From the human T2T-CHM13v2.0 reference genome, Homo sapiens, in the NCBI RefSeq assembly GCF_009914755.1, contig NC_060925.1: a DNA stretch of 64,000 nucleotides; one strand, written 5' to 3'. The position numbers and the translations under genes were made by a program. Shown in pieces: positions 19,365-36,540 of the stretch. Within the stretch, counting starts at the first letter, position 1. Each line of letters opens with the position of its first letter. Below the pieces are notes generated by a model. The model was not told the DNA's origin. It saw only the letters and a list, made by a program, of their open reading frames with translations, and searched no databases.

Positions 19365-19722
19365 TCATGTTCATTTTTTGTTGTTGCTACAACAAAGTAC
19401 CCTACATTTAGTGGCATCAAACACCACAAATCTACCATCTTACAGTTCTGGGGGCCAGAAGCCCAACTAGGTCTATTAAGGCTAAAGTCAAGGTGTCAGA
19501 GGGGCTGCATTCCTTCTGGGGGAGGCTCTAGACAGAATGTGCTCCTTTGCCTTTTCCAGCTTCTAGAAGCCACCCCCATTCCTTGACTTACCTCGTGACT
19601 CCATATTCAAGGCCAGAAGTGCAGCATCTTCAAATCTCCCTCTCTGACCTCTTCTTCCATTACCACATCACTTTCTCTAATTCTGACTCTCCTACCTCCT
19701 TCTCTTATAAAGATCCTTGTGA
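19365..19722 (-). mobile_element. MLT1 LTR fragment (copy C)
   Basis: Paralog of 4945-5300. Confidence 0.75.
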
Positions 19723-20022
19723 TTGGTGGGTATGGGGGCTCCCATCTGTAATCCCAACATGTTGGGAGGCCAAAGAGGAAGGATTGCTTGAGGCCAAGAG
19801 TTAGAGATCAGCCTGGGGAAAATAGGAAGACCCTGCCTTTACAAAATTAAAATTAAAATCAGCTGGACATGGTGATGCACGCCTGTAGTTCCAGCTACTG
19901 GAGAGGCTAAGGTGGGAGGATTGCTTTAGCCTAGGAGGTCAAGGCTGCAGTGAGCTATGATCACATCACTGCACTCCAGCCTCAGTGGCAGAGTGAGACT
20001 CTGTCTCCAATATAAGAAAAGA

Positions 20023-21493
<1,471 letters not shown>

Positions 21494-22561
21494 TGTTGCG
21501 GGAAGTCAGAGACCCCAAACGGAGGGACCAGCTGAAGCCACGGCAGAAGAACATAAATTGTGAAGATTTCATGGACATTTATTAGTTCCCCAAATTAATA
21601 CTTCTATAATTTCTTGGGCCTGTCTTTACTGCAGTCTCTGAACATAAATTGTGAAGATTTCACGGACACTTATCACTTCCCTAATCAATACCCTTGTGAT
21701 TTCCTATGCCTGTCTTTACTTTAATCTCTTAATCCAGTCATCTTCGTAAGCTGAGGATGAATGTCCCCGCAGGACCCTGTGATAATTGCGTTAACTGCAC
21801 AAGCTGTTTAAACAGTATGAAACCTGGGCACCTTGAAAAAAGAACAGGATAACAGCAATTTCAGGGAACAAGGGAGATAACCTTAAACTCTGGCTGCCTG
21901 TGGGCCGGGTGGAACAGAGCCATATTTCTCTTCTTTCAAAAGCAAATAGGAGAAATATTGCTGAATTCTTTTTCTCAGCAAAGAACATCCCTGAGAAAGA
22001 GAATGCGTCCCTAAGGGGAGGCCTCTGAAATGGCCGCTTTGGGGACGGCTGTCTTTTACAGTCGTAGATAAGGGAAGAAATAAGCCCTGGGCTCGCGTGG
22101 CGCTCCCAGGCTTATCAGGACAAGGAAATTCCCGCCTAATAAATTTTGGTCAGATGGGTTGTCTGCTCTCAAACCCTTTCTCCTGATAAGATGTTATCAA
22201 TGACAATGCGTGCCCGAAACTTCATTAGCAATTTTAATTTCGCCCCGGTCCTGTGGTCCTGTGATCTTGCCCTGCCTCCATTTGCCTTGTGATATTTTAT
22301 TACCTTGTGAAGCATGTGATCTCTGTGACCCACACCCTATTCGTACACTCCCTCCCCTTTTGAAAATCACTAATAAAAACTTGTTGGTTTTGCGGCTTGG
22401 GGGGCATCATGGAACCTGCTGACATGTGATGTCTCCCCTGGACACCCAGCTTTAAAATTTCTCTCTTTTGTGCTCTTTCCCTTTATTTCTCAGACCGGCC
22501 GACACTCAGGGAAAATAGAAAAGAACCTACATGAAATATCAGGGGTGAATTTCCCCCGATA
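21494..22561 (+). mobile_element. MER11 solo LTR (HERV-K11/HML-8)
   Basis: Starts tgttgcgggaagtcagagaccccaaacggagggacc, ends ggggtgaatttcccccgata; absent from paralogous site at about 7335. Confidence 0.9.
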
Positions 22562-23228
22562 TCACACGGGCTCTTCTCTCACCTGTCTACCTGCTTAACT
22601 GCATAGGAGAGGCAATGCATGGTGCTCATGAACAAGGCAAGCATTAAAGTCAGACCAGACTAACATTTGACTCAGTCTTAATATTCAGGTGAGCTTGGGC
22701 AAATCACTCATTAACCCCAAGTCTTCATCATTTTGTGCATATAATGGGGATAACTGTGGCACCCACCTGTTTTTGTGAGAATCAATGAAATATTATGCTT
22801 GATGTTATTGTGATCATGATACTATCTGACAAGGGCAGTGATGCATGATAACATCAAAAAATTAGAAACTGTAATGAGGTCTCTTGGGCAAAATTCCATA
22901 CAAGCAAATTATTGTCTCTACAAAGCATTTCTGCCACACTTAATTCACCATTCCCTGAACAAAATGTGCCATCTTCATTGTTCAGGTCTGTATAGTGCTG
23001 GTTTCCCTGCCTGGGCAGCTCACTCCATCCCATCCCAGCCCAATCCCCATCCCTCCACCTCCCCCTTCCCTCCCCACTCTCATACAACTCTTCCTTATCT
23101 TACAGGACTTGGCTTCAATGTCACCTTAACTGGAAGCTTCTCTCCCTCTCCAGAAGAGCTTCCCATTGCACTTGATGCATGCACTATTATTTGATCATTT
23201 TTGAGTTACAGTCCAAGTCTTTTTGTAC

Positions 23229-23293
23229 CTGAATAACATGTTGCCCAGCCAGTTTCTCTTCCTGGATTCAGAAGTCTTTCATGGTAGGTCCAG
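23229..23293 (-). ncRNA. Candidate 65-nt lncRNA exon (copy C)
   Basis: Pyrimidine tract, ttctag| ... CAG|gtacaa; splice sites kept in paralog at 8010-8074. Confidence 0.5.
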
Positions 23294-24267
23294 CTAGAAG
23301 TGACAAAAAGACATTTTTAAAAAAAAAAAAAAAAAAGAGGGATGACACAGACAGACATCAGCACTTAAAAGTTTTAAACGATATGTGAAAAACAAAATTT
23401 AAGGGCTTCTAGGAGAAATGTAGGAGGGAAGGTGTTACTGGGAAATATGATAGAAGGTTAATTTTTATTTTATTTTATTTTTAGAGAAAGGGTCTTGCTC
23501 TATCGCCTAGGCTGGACTGCAGTGGTGCAATCACAGTTAACTGCAGCCTCAACCTCCAGGGCTTGAGCAATATTCCCATCTAATTTTTATTTTGTTTAAG
23601 AAATGCAGTCTTGCTCTTAGCAAAGCTAAAGTGCAATGGTGTGATCATAGCTTACTGCAGCCTCAACCTTCTAGACTCAAGTGATCCTCCAGTCTTAGCC
23701 TCCCCAGTAGCTGGGACTACAGGTGTGCACTGCAACATGTAGCTCATTTTTTTTTTTTAATTTTTAGTAGAGACAAAGTGTCACTATGTTGACCAGGTTG
23801 GTGGTGATCTCCTACACTCAGGCAGTTCTCTCACCTCAGCCTTCCAAAATGCTGGGATTACAGGTGTGAGCTGCCACACCTGGCTGAGGGGGTTAATTTT
23901 TAATTATATAAAGAGCTCAAAGCAAATATTAGAAGGAGCCTAAATGCCTCCAGCAGTTGACTGGTACTGGTAAATTGTGATACATCCATATAATAAAATA
24001 TTATGCAACCATGAAAAGGATTAAGATAGATCAATAGGTATTGGCACAAATGTCCATGAAATATGAAAATATGAAGTGATGTTCAATCACCATGTATGTA
24101 TCTTGAAGGATATGGCCCATTTTCTCAATTGCAATTATTTCCTGAGATAAGATTATGGGTCTAAAGAGTGAAGGACATTTTTCACTTATTTAAAAGTATT
24201 TATTATTTTTATAATTTAATAAAAGATTAAACAGATCATTGAATTAGTAAAAGACAAAGTAACTCTA

Positions 24268-24945
<678 letters not shown>

Positions 24946-25397
24946 ATGGGTGACAAAGTAATAATATCAGGTCTTTCATTTATCACACAGAAAATAACTT
25001 GTTAAATTATAATACCTGTGTGGGCGAAGGTGCAGTGAAATGGCCATTTTCTTGTAGTATTAGTGGTGTTTAAAATGTATATAAGCCTTCCAGCATAAAG
25101 CTTGGAAATTTTTTTTAAATCATACAGACAGTGCCTCATTATACTGCCTCCTCCAACTCCTGGCCTCAAGCAATCCTCCCACCTCAGCCTCCCAAAGTGC
25201 TGGAATTACAGGCTGACAGCCACCATGCCTGAAAGCTTTGCAATTCACATCAAGGGTAATAAGAATGCTCATGCCCTGTGACTCACAGTAATCTCACTTC
25301 TGGAAATTTCATCTTTGGATATAATTCAACCTAAACAAAAGGTCATATGCACAAACACAGTGAAAATCTGGGAGTAATTTTTTTCTCTTTTTTAAAA

Positions 25398-25500
25398 AAA
25401 ATATGGAATGCTTCACAAATTTGCATGTCATTCTTTCACAGAGGCCGTGCCAATCTCTCTATTGTTCCAACTTAAGTATGTGTGCTACTGAGGCAAGCAT
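25398..25500 (-). pseudogene. U6 snRNA retropseudogene
   Basis: Reverse complement of near full-length U6 (aaaatatggaatgcttcacaaatttgcatgtca...gaggcaagcat), A tail at 25378-25393, TSD gagtaat (25372-25378 and 25501-25507). Confidence 0.93.
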
Positions 25501-25745
25501 GAGTAATGTAAGATAGAGTGGTTAAGTGAAATAATGAAGAATTATGGAGAATTTAAAAATCTATGCTATTTATATGCACCTAGTAACAGCTCAGTAAATA
25601 TTAGCTGCTACTATTATTATTTTTATGGTAATTTCACTCAATTAAAAACTGTCATTAAAAATTACCATTGTCATGGAACATAATGTCTCCTACTGTATAA
25701 TTGTAAAAACAGATATAATTTGTCCCTTGGTATATGGGGGGATTA

Positions 25746-26068
<323 letters not shown>

Positions 26069-26409
26069 CTATCTAATCCAATTAATGCTGGAATTGGGAA
26101 CAGCAGAAGTGTCATCTCAGAGCTACTCACAATGAAAGGTGATGTCTGGGGCTCAGGTGTGTTGAGGTCCCCATGCCTGGACTATGGGTGCTGAGTGGGA
26201 TTTACTTGTCCATCCATTTTCTATATTCCAGCACTGGGAAACTAGGGTTTATCCATCTTGATAAGATGTCATTTAAATTCCACTTCGCAAGAACCACAAA
26301 TGGAAGAAAGGCCATGAAACCGCAGGACAGTACTTGTTCTCAAGGGAATCTTCAGCTTAGGTGGCTCTGTAAAAGAGAAGTTACATTGTTGAAAAATTGT
26401 CGCAGGTCA

Positions 26410-26529
<120 letters not shown>

Positions 26530-26688
26530 TTAGAAAATGAACTGGGTGCGGTAAAACATTCGTATAGTCCCAGCTACTCTGGAGGCTGAAATAGGAGGAT
26601 CGCTTGAGCCCAGGAAGTGGAAGCTGCAGTGAGCTCTGATCTCACCACTGCACTCCCGCCTGGGTGACAGAGTGAGACCCTGTCTCAA

Positions 26689-26689
<1 letters not shown>

Positions 26690-26733
<44 letters not shown>
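26690..26733 (+). repeat. (CA)n microsatellite at an Alu tail
   Basis: Seen directly. Confidence 0.95.
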
Positions 26734-26737
<4 letters not shown>

Positions 26738-27053
26738 TCAGTCTGTCCAGCCTTGACTAATCAAAAGGGCCTTCTGGTTACAGAAGAGGTATGCTCTTTT
26801 GTAGGACAGGGAGAGACCAGCAAGCTTGTTCACAGACTTTTCCTCATCCTCTGCTTAGTTTTCCAAGAACCCTCACAGTGGAAATGGAGTCTCTGGGAAA
26901 ATGACCTAAATCTTTGGGTTACCAGGGGAGAAATATGCCTCCTTTGTCAATTAATAAATGGAACATCTGCCTTAAAATCCAGGGAGTTCTGCTAGAATGA
27001 ATCACTCCCTAAGACCCTGACCTATGCATGGAACATGAAAAACTGAAGTTTAA

Positions 27054-27278
27054 CTGGGCGCGGTGGATCACGCCTGTAATCCCAGCACTTTGGGAGGCTG
27101 AGGCGGGCGGATCACCTGAGGTCAAAAGTTCTAGATCAGCCTGGCCAACATGGTGAAACCCCGTCTCTACTAAAAATACAAAAATTAGTTGGGCATGGTG
27201 GTGGACAACTGTAATCCCAGCTACTCGGGAGGCTGAGGCAGGAAAATCGCTTGAACCCGGAAGGCGGAGGTTGCAGTT
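27054..27278 (+). mobile_element. 3'-truncated AluS
   Basis: Stops at ggttgcagt with no tail. Confidence 0.85.
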
Positions 27279-29809
27279 ACTTCTAGAGGGAATTTCCATT
27301 AGCCCTTTGAAATCCTTCAACATTCATGAAGGCCAAAGAGTTTTCACCTAATTTAATCTGATGGGTATGTGACCAGAGTCTTTCTAGGGAATAGAGACTC
27401 CCAAACAGTTCAGCTGGGAAGTGAGGAGAGAATTTATTACTCAAAATCAAAGGGAAATGAAAAGAGGCCAACATAGAATGTCATTATTCTTTCTTGGTGG
27501 GGAATGGATTCCAGAGTCATTCTGTGACCTTTACATGACCTCCTTATTAGCATCTAAAAGCTTCCAGTGTAGGATGCAGCCAGCTAGGTTCTCTTCTAAT
27601 GTAATAAAATTTGCTTCAGCAAATCTTATGCAGAGCCATCTCCAGGCTCCAGAAACAATAGGCTATAAATTACTGGATTTCCCATTTGATACAATGAAGT
27701 ATATGCATGGTCCTGAATGACTCCTCTACATACTACTCTGGGTGGCTTGAAGTGAATTTGATACAAGAACTGGAGCGAGCACAAAGCAGAGCTAGATCTA
27801 GGATTAATGTGCTTGGGCCCAGCTCCTCACTACTCACCTATGAGTCTAGTTCCAGAACCCAAGTAGAGGGTGGGGAAACAAGGCTCCTGACTTTTTTTCC
27901 CTAATGTCTGCATCTCTTTCACATTTCTTATCTCCTTGCAAAGAAACTAAACAGGCTCAACTGAAATAACTAAATGATTAAACCCTATACAGAGAATCTC
28001 CAAAGACTGACAAAATATCATTCAAGACTGTTACACAGACAACCTTGAGGATGACTTGATGTACCAGTGATCTACAATATTTGGGATCATTCCAAATTCC
28101 CATCAAGGATCTGCCTATATCAACAAAGGAGCCAAGGACCAACCATTCAAATGGGCCCTGCTGCCAAGCCTTTTTTTTTTTTACAATGCCATCTCTTCAT
28201 ATTGTTCCATTTAACAAAACTGCAGCCCTTCATCTATCCTTAAGTCCCTTGGCCAATTATACAGAGCCAGAGTATGCTAATCCCTAGCAGGAAATCAACA
28301 GGATGACCCACTAAACACCATTCAGAAGATGCTAAGACCCATGAATTGCAACAGGAAAGAAAAGACAGGGAATTAGTCAGACAGGTACATGCTATGCCAA
28401 AAATGCACTACAGCCCCCACCCAATTCTGCCTAATCCTAGCTGGGCTGACACCAACCTGATGAGACAGGCCTATAAGATCTCAAACTAAAACAGAAACTC
28501 CTGAACTGGGTTCTTTCAAACCCAGGAAGCAGCAGTAAATCATTAAAGAACAGATAAGTTCTTAAGGTGAGGGAGAGTTTCAGATAAATGGAATGCTGGT
28601 AGAACACAGGGCCCAAAGGAGCAAAAGTTAACCTAAGCCCAGGTAGAACCTTGTTTACTAGAGTATTAGACATGGGTTTGGGCAACTATTCTAACCAGAG
28701 AAACTGGCTTCAGTGAGGGCAAGTTGGCAATCCAAGGTATAGCATGCATAGGGCTGGCAAAATTCAGGGTGACTGGAGCAAAAGCTTCAGAACCAGAAAG
28801 ACCACATCTGGGGGTAGAGCACAAAACTCTCAAGAGATGAATCTTTGTAAGAGTGAGGCAGAACTATATAGCAGTTTTAGGAGATCTGTTGGTGCCCAGC
28901 AAGAGCTCCAAATGGGCTATATGCAGGGATGCAGGCTGTAGTCTCAGGAGAGGAGGTTCACAAAAGTCATTCAGTCCAAGACCTCAAACTGTGTTCTCTA
29001 CTAAAAGGAATCAAGGTTCCCTAGAGAAATGGCTGACTCCATGTATGGTGCAGTATATTGATCCTGGAACATCTTTTTTGCCAGAAAGCAAGGAAGCCAT
29101 CAAAGTCCAACAGGATCACGTCAAAAAGACATGAAAGTCAACTTGAAGAGATAATTATTAACCTAGATGAGACAACGTAAGCATCCAAAACAATAAAGAC
29201 TGCAATGGCCTGAAATACATCAAATGCAAACAATAATCTATGAGTTCATAATGGTATTCAGAAAAAAAACTACTGGTCATTAGAGGGAAGGTTACTAGGT
29301 CACTAACTTACTACTCTGAAAAGTGACTTAAGATGAGAGGTAGGGTGGAGAATTAGCTATTTATTCAGTCTTTCCTGTACAAACATAAATTTTTAGGGAG
29401 ATTGAAGCAGACGAAACAAATCTGGAAAAATGGAGGTAACTGCTTAATCTGCGGGTTGGGTGCATGGAGGTTCAACATATTTCTTTTGTGTATATTTGAA
29501 CCCCCTACAAAAAAAGCACAAGACAGAATGTGAGCCAAGCAGCTTAGGGTTTAGGCAAGGCTTCTGCCTACAAGAGACACCAGGATATGAGGGGTAGTTT
29601 TAGCCCTGATGGGCTGAGCCAACTGGAGGTATATAGGGAGGTGCTAAATTGCAGAGGTATCATGTTGCCCAGCACTTGATCAAATCCTAGATCCTAGGTC
29701 TGCTTGGTAGCATGCTTCCTAGGTAGTGGATCTGAGGCTACCTATAGAACTTCCTTTGCAGTCATAATTCGCTCAGAAACTACAAAAGTGCTTGCTCTTG
29801 AAAATGGAG

Positions 29810-30390
29810 TCTTTGTCCATTTCATGCTTCTATACAAGAATACCACAGACTGCATAATTTATAAAAAGGAAAAAAGGAAGGAAAGAAAAAAGGAAGGAAG
29901 GAGGGAAGGAGGGAAGGAAAGGAAGGAAGGAAAAGAAGGAAAGGAAGGAAGGGAAAGAGAGAAAGAGGGAAGGAGGAAGGGAGGGAAGGAGGGAGGGAGG
30001 GAGGGAGAGAGAGAGGGAGGGAGGGGAAGGGAAGAAAAGGGAGGAGAAGGGAAAGGAGGAAGAAAAGGAAAGGAAAGGAATAAATTTTATTTCTTAACAG
30101 TTCTGGATGTTGGGAAGTCCAAGGTTGAGGGGCCTGCATCTGGTAAGGGTCTTCTTGCCGCATCATCCCACTACAGAAGGCAGAAGGAAAAGAGAGTGCA
30201 AGAAGGCAAGAGGGCAAAAGGGCTGAACTCTGTTTTATAATAAGCCCACTCTGTGATTACTAATCTATTACCACAATAACAACATTAACTCATTCATGAA
30301 GGCTATTTTATTAGGCCCCACATCCCAACTGTTGCATTGAGGATTGAGTTTCCAGCACATAAACTTTGGGGGACACATTTAAACCATAGC
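29810..30390 (-). mobile_element. MLT1A/MST-like MaLR LTR containing a purine expansion
   Basis: acagttctggatgttgggaagtccaagg...gcatctggtaagggtcttcttgc; tttgggggacacatttaaaccatagca. Confidence 0.7.
29863..30080 (+). repeat. Polypurine (GGAA/GGGA) tract
   Basis: About 218 nt of A/G only. Confidence 0.95.
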
Positions 30391-31426
30391 AGAGCACTTA
30401 GGTTAATTCAACTAAGAGGAGCTGGGAAAATCAAAGGCATGAGAAAGACAGCAAAAGCTAGCAGAGAGAAATGCATAGGTTAAGGAAAAAAGTCACAGTG
30501 AATCCTGTAGTGCAGGCTACTTTATCAAAAGCACCTTAAAAAGATCTCATTAACTCCCCCAGCTCACCTCCACTCACATCTAAAGAGCCACACACAGCAC
30601 CACCAAAGGCAGCACAATGAGAACAGCATTCTCCTCAACAGACAAGCTGGGAGTATCTAGACACCTGACCTCAATAGCTCCAGAACAGCCCTAAAACAGT
30701 TCCGCCCTAACCACCACTCAAGTCACCAGCTTGGAAAGTATTAAGAAAACCCAAATCCTGACACACCACTATGAAACAACTTAAAACAGCAAAGAACAAC
30801 CCATTTAAACAGCAATGCCAGCTGCTGGGAAAAAAAGAAACAATAAGTAGAGGAGAAACAGACCTCTTGGGGTCCACCAAGACCCAGTCTCTCAGCTTCA
30901 GCACTTTCAAATGCAGAATCCGTACCCCTCTGGGGCCTGTGGAGCTCCACAAGGCATGTCATCCTCAAAGATAAATGAGCAGGCAAGCTGGCTAGAAAAC
31001 CACTAAGGGTATTATTCTTTAAAGAATCTTTATAGGGTCAAAGAGGAATGGGTCTTAACTGGCTATGTGAACTCCCCACAGATTCTGAGGATGATGTCAG
31101 TATCCCTTTCCAGATGTGTTCAACACTTTGCAGTCACTTGTATTCCTGCCACTGAGTGCCAGTGCTTTGCTAATTTGAACTGATTCCAGCTCACGCTGAC
31201 CCCAGCTCCCTGGATGTTACCATTAGCCAAGACTGTCACCCATACTGTACCCTTTCAAAGAGTCCTAAAAACAGCTCTTCACCTACTCTTCCAAGACAAG
31301 TAAAAATGTCTGCCAAAGAAATGGGGAAAAAAGATTCAGAGAGTGAAAACAATTAATATACTAACAAGAGAGCAAAAAGCAAAGGGGGAGGAGAAACTAG
31401 GAAAATCATATATGGGCTCTCACCTA

Positions 31427-31660
<234 letters not shown>

Positions 31661-31931
31661 TTAGCCAGGCATGGTGGCGCATGCCTGTAAATCCAGCTAC
31701 TCAGGAGGCTGAGGCAGGAGAATTGCTTGAACCTGGAAGGCAGAGAATGTGGTGACCCGAGATCACGCCATTGCCCTCAAGCCACGGCAATGAGAACAAA
31801 ATTCGGTAAAAACAAAACAAAACCACCATAAAATAACTCAGACTTAATTAAATACAACCCTAGTGGTGAATGACTAAAGATGGATTACTCATAACAGAGA
31901 TAACAGTCCAATAAGAATCCAGGAATCTTAC

Positions 31932-32452
<521 letters not shown>

Positions 32453-33513
32453 TTAAACACAGTATGTAGAAAAGAATAATTATTGAATCTGTACTGGTCT
32501 TTAACTTTTACACTTTGATCTTTAATTCTGTTATTGTGATTGAGTCCAAAGAAAAATAGTATGAGTAAAATAAAAAGAACACCAAAAATGCTAATATTCT
32601 GTTTACCAAAGTCTGTAGTGAAATATCCCATTAAATCCAAGTGCAGTGCTACACACCCATAATCCCAGCACTTTGGGAGGCTGAGGCGGGTGAATCTCCT
32701 GAAGTCAGGAGTTCAAGGCCAGCCTGGCCAACATGGTGAAACCCCAACTCTACTACAAATACAAAAATTAGGCAGGCGTGGTGGCAGAGGCCTGTAATCC
32801 CAGCTACTTAGGAGGCTGAGGCAGGGAGAATTGCTTGAACCCAGGAGGTGAGCTTGCCATGAGCTGAGATCATACCACTGCATTCCAGCGTGGGCGACAG
32901 AACAAAACTTCAACCTCCAAAAAAAAAAAAAAAAAAAAACAGCTAGCAGGTGACATTTGCTATGGGGAGACTAGGGATATGATCTTGCTGCAATCCTTCC
33001 ATTTTAGTAAATCTAAACAGTGTGAATCCATTCTGTTTCATCCCCACTCCACTCCAGAGCCAAAACAAGAAAATCAATTATATTTCTAGTTCTTTAAAAA
33101 CATATCTAACTAAATCATCTAATTAAAAGATAATATGCATGGTTCCATACTCTAAAAGAAAACTTATGTCCTGCATATCATGGACATTTGACGAATGCTT
33201 ATTCAGTTGACTGGTGTAGACTTCAATAATAACCTGTTCAATGCATTATGCCAGATGAATCTTGCATCTCAAAAGTGGAACAAATATTGTTCTTTCAGTT
33301 TTGTCTACCCATAAATGCAATATTTACTAATAAAAAGAAAATGAGTTTATTGTTCTAGAGAGTATGAGAATTTTGACAACATGAATTCTCCTGTCCTAGG
33401 ACATAATTAATACTTAGAGGCATACTATTTCATGTGGAAGCTACCGTTAAATCAATGTTAAGTGTTAATTACCTCACATAATCTTCTAATCTGACTTAAG
33501 ACTGAAGACGTAC

Positions 33514-33572
33514 CTCACAAAGCTGATTTATCAAGTTGTAAATCTTCACCTGTTGAATTCATAAGTTCATGT
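33514..33572 (-). pseudogene. GTF2I/GTF2IRD2-like relic exon, 59 nt, premature stop
   Basis: ttcag|A...G|gtacgt; HELMNSTGEDLQLDKSAL* vs TFII-I HELLNSTREDLQLDKPASG. Confidence 0.88.
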
Positions 33573-35726
33573 CTGAAAGGTGAGAATAAATACTTAATAT
33601 TCACTAGGCAATATTCAGCAAAGTAATATCCACTAGTACATATTTAATATTTCATCATGAACTGCGAGTGTGAAGAGAAAAGACAGGCTGGGCACAGTGG
33701 CTCACACCTGTAATCCCAGCAGTTTGGGAGGCTGAGGCAGGCAGATCATGAGGTCAGGAGTTCGAGACCAGCCTGGCCAACATGGTAAAACCCCGTCTGT
33801 ACTAAAAGTACAATAATTAGCTGGGCATGGTGGCAGGCACCTGTAATCCCAGCTACTCGGGAGGCTGAGGCAGGAGAATCGCCTGAACCCAGGAGGTGGA
33901 GGTTGCAGAAACCATGATCACGCCACTGCATTCCAGCCTGGGCAAGAGAGCAAGATTCTGTCTCAATCAATCAATCAATAAAAATATAAGGAGGAAGCAT
34001 TTACTGTGTATTTATATGTCTGGTATTATGTGAAGCACTTTACTATCTTATCAAATCTTCAGGACAGATCTTCAGTTCTCATGACCACAAAAGAGGATAC
34101 TAAAGCTCAGACAGGAGAAGAGATGTGGCCAGCCTGTGTCCCCAGGGCCTATGGTCTTACCACTAGGTTACAGTGTTTCCAGATATCACATGTTGTGAGA
34201 TTTTTGCTTTAAAATGAACCAAAAAAAACCAAAGGCGAAAAAGGCATAAGCTATTAAAAAGTGGGAGAAACACTAAGAGAACCTTAAGCATGTAACTAAA
34301 AATATTATGGAAATGTTATTGAATTCATTAGCAAATTTAATGCTAGGTTTTCATTGAGGAGTAGGTTATATTACTCATGATGAAGAAAAATGTTCATTTT
34401 AAGTATATTAACATAAATACCATCAATATTGTTTATCATGTTTAAATGTTCACTTAAAGCAATTCAGTTAAAATTCTGCATATCATACAATTTTATAGTT
34501 TGCTAGTAGGTTACAAGTAAATAGTCACCCAAATAAAAACATCATGTGTTTTCCACTGGTTGTTGCTCTTTTTAGGTGAGCATTTGATGTGTACCAACAG
34601 AGAGAGGATAATAACAAATCGCTAATTTCTTTCATCACTATATAAAGGTGGCTTCAGGATAGAATAGTATCAGGGCAATGATGAATTTGAAATCTAACAT
34701 CAATTCAGTGATGCATCAAGATAAAAGTAGAGACAATAGGGGCACCTTGGTGAGTACTGAACATTTTATTTATTTATTTATTTTGAGATGGAGTTTTGCT
34801 CTTTTTGCCCAGGCTAGAGTGCAATGGTGCAACCTCGGCTCACCGCAACCTCTGCCTCCTGGTTCACGCGATTCTCCTGCCTTGGCCTCCCGAATAGCTG
34901 GGATTACAGACATGCGCCACCACACCCGTCTAATTTTGTATTTTTAGTAGAGACGGGGTTTCTCCATGTTGGTCAGGCTGGTCTCGAACTCCCGACCTAG
35001 ATATCTGCCTGCCTTGGCCTCCCAAAGTGCTGGGATTACAGGTGTGAGCCACCGCGCCCAGATAAATTCCAAATTTAACAAAGCAGACTGAGAGAAACAA
35101 CTCATTTAAAAAAATAATATTTGGCCAGGCGTGGCGGCTCACACCTGTAATCCCAGCACTTTGGGAGGCTGAGGTGAGTGGATCAGGAGGTCAGCAGTTC
35201 AAGACCAGCCTAGCCAAGATCATGAAACCCTGTCTCTACTAAAAATACAAAAATCAGCCAGGCGTGGTGGCTGGTGCCTGTAATCCTAGCTGCTCGGGAG
35301 GCTGAGGCAGAGAACTGCTTGAACCCGGGAGGCAGAGGTTGCAGTGAGCCGAGATCGTGCCACTGCACTCCAGCCTGGGCGACAGAGTGAGGCTCCGTCT
35401 CAAAAAAAATAAATAAATAATTCAATGAAATCCCTAAGATCCAGGGCTTTGCAAAAAATATGTAAATAAATTTCCAATCTCCATACTGAAAGTTTAAAAG
35501 AAATGCTAACTAATAACTAAAGAAATACAACTTTCCTCAGCTTTGCAGCAATCTAGAAACAAAGTGTGTAGACACTACAAAGCACCTTACAGGGAGAAAC
35601 GTGTAAGGATGGCATGACTCGCCGGCAGCCCTGGGCTTGTCCACGGTACCCCCATGATGAACAGTAACTCCATTGTGTAAACACCCATGAACATAAGATT
35701 ACAGGACTTTTCCAGTTTAGACATAC

Positions 35727-35792
35727 CATATTTTCTTTCAGACAATTCTTCAATTTGTTTACGTAGATCAGCGATACGATGATTCCATTTCT
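35727..35792 (-). pseudogene. GTF2I/GTF2IRD2-like relic exon, 66 nt
   Basis: ttcag|AG...G|gtatgt; EKWNHRIADLRKQIEELSERKY vs TFII-I [22 protein letters not shown]. Confidence 0.9.
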
Positions 35793-36540
35793 CTGAAAAT
35801 CAAGCAAAAGTTGCTTCTCAATAATACGTCCCTATGTCAGAGCAGCACTAACGTATAATGACTTATTTCATATATTTTACATTCTAACAGTCCACATCAT
35901 TTTACTGCTTTCAAGAAAAAATTTCCCCTTTTTGGTGGTTCTTAGAATTGGTTTAATGGGAGACTATTAGAGAAGCTGAAAAGCAGGAGGGCAGAAAAGT
36001 TCAATCAAATTAAACACAATAACAGGGAGGGCACAATGAGGCGGTCTCCAGGGGTCTTTTAGCAAACTTCCTAAAACATGTCTCAGCTGTGTGAAATAAG
36101 ACTTTACAGCAGCCGGGTGCAGTGGTGCAGGCCTGTAATCCCAGCACTTTGGCAGCAGAGGCAGGCGGATCGCTTTGAGCTCAGGGCAACATAGCCAAAA
36201 CCCCCCTCCCTAGCCCCACCCCCACCCCGTCCCTACCAAAAATACAAAACAGCAGGGCATGGTGGCGGGCGCCTGTAGTCCCAGCTACTCAGGAGGCTGA
36301 GGCAGGAGAATCACCTGAACCCAGGAGGCACACATTGCAGTGAGCCAAGATCACGCCACTGCCAGCCTGGATGACAGAGCAAGACTCCACCTCAAAAAAA
36401 CAAAAACAAAAACACAAGGTTAAGAGGGACCCCCGACCTTACAGATACAAGTTTAAGAGGGACCCCTAAGCAAAAAATGCCAACCCTTTTTCTCCCAATC
36501 ATTGAAACACCAGGAGGGTGTAACAGTTTTGCAGCCTAGC

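Noticed and set aside
21551-21720. Internal direct repeat acataaattgtgaagatttca
   Set aside because: Normal feature of MER11 LTRs
27280-27330. Minus-strand NVEGF / EIPSRS loosely resembling the TFII-I YVEGLPENIPFRS motif
   Set aside because: Needs a frameshift, no supporting splice sites, too weak
29704-30240. 178-aa and 131-aa ORFs
   Set aside because: Artefacts of the stop-free purine tract
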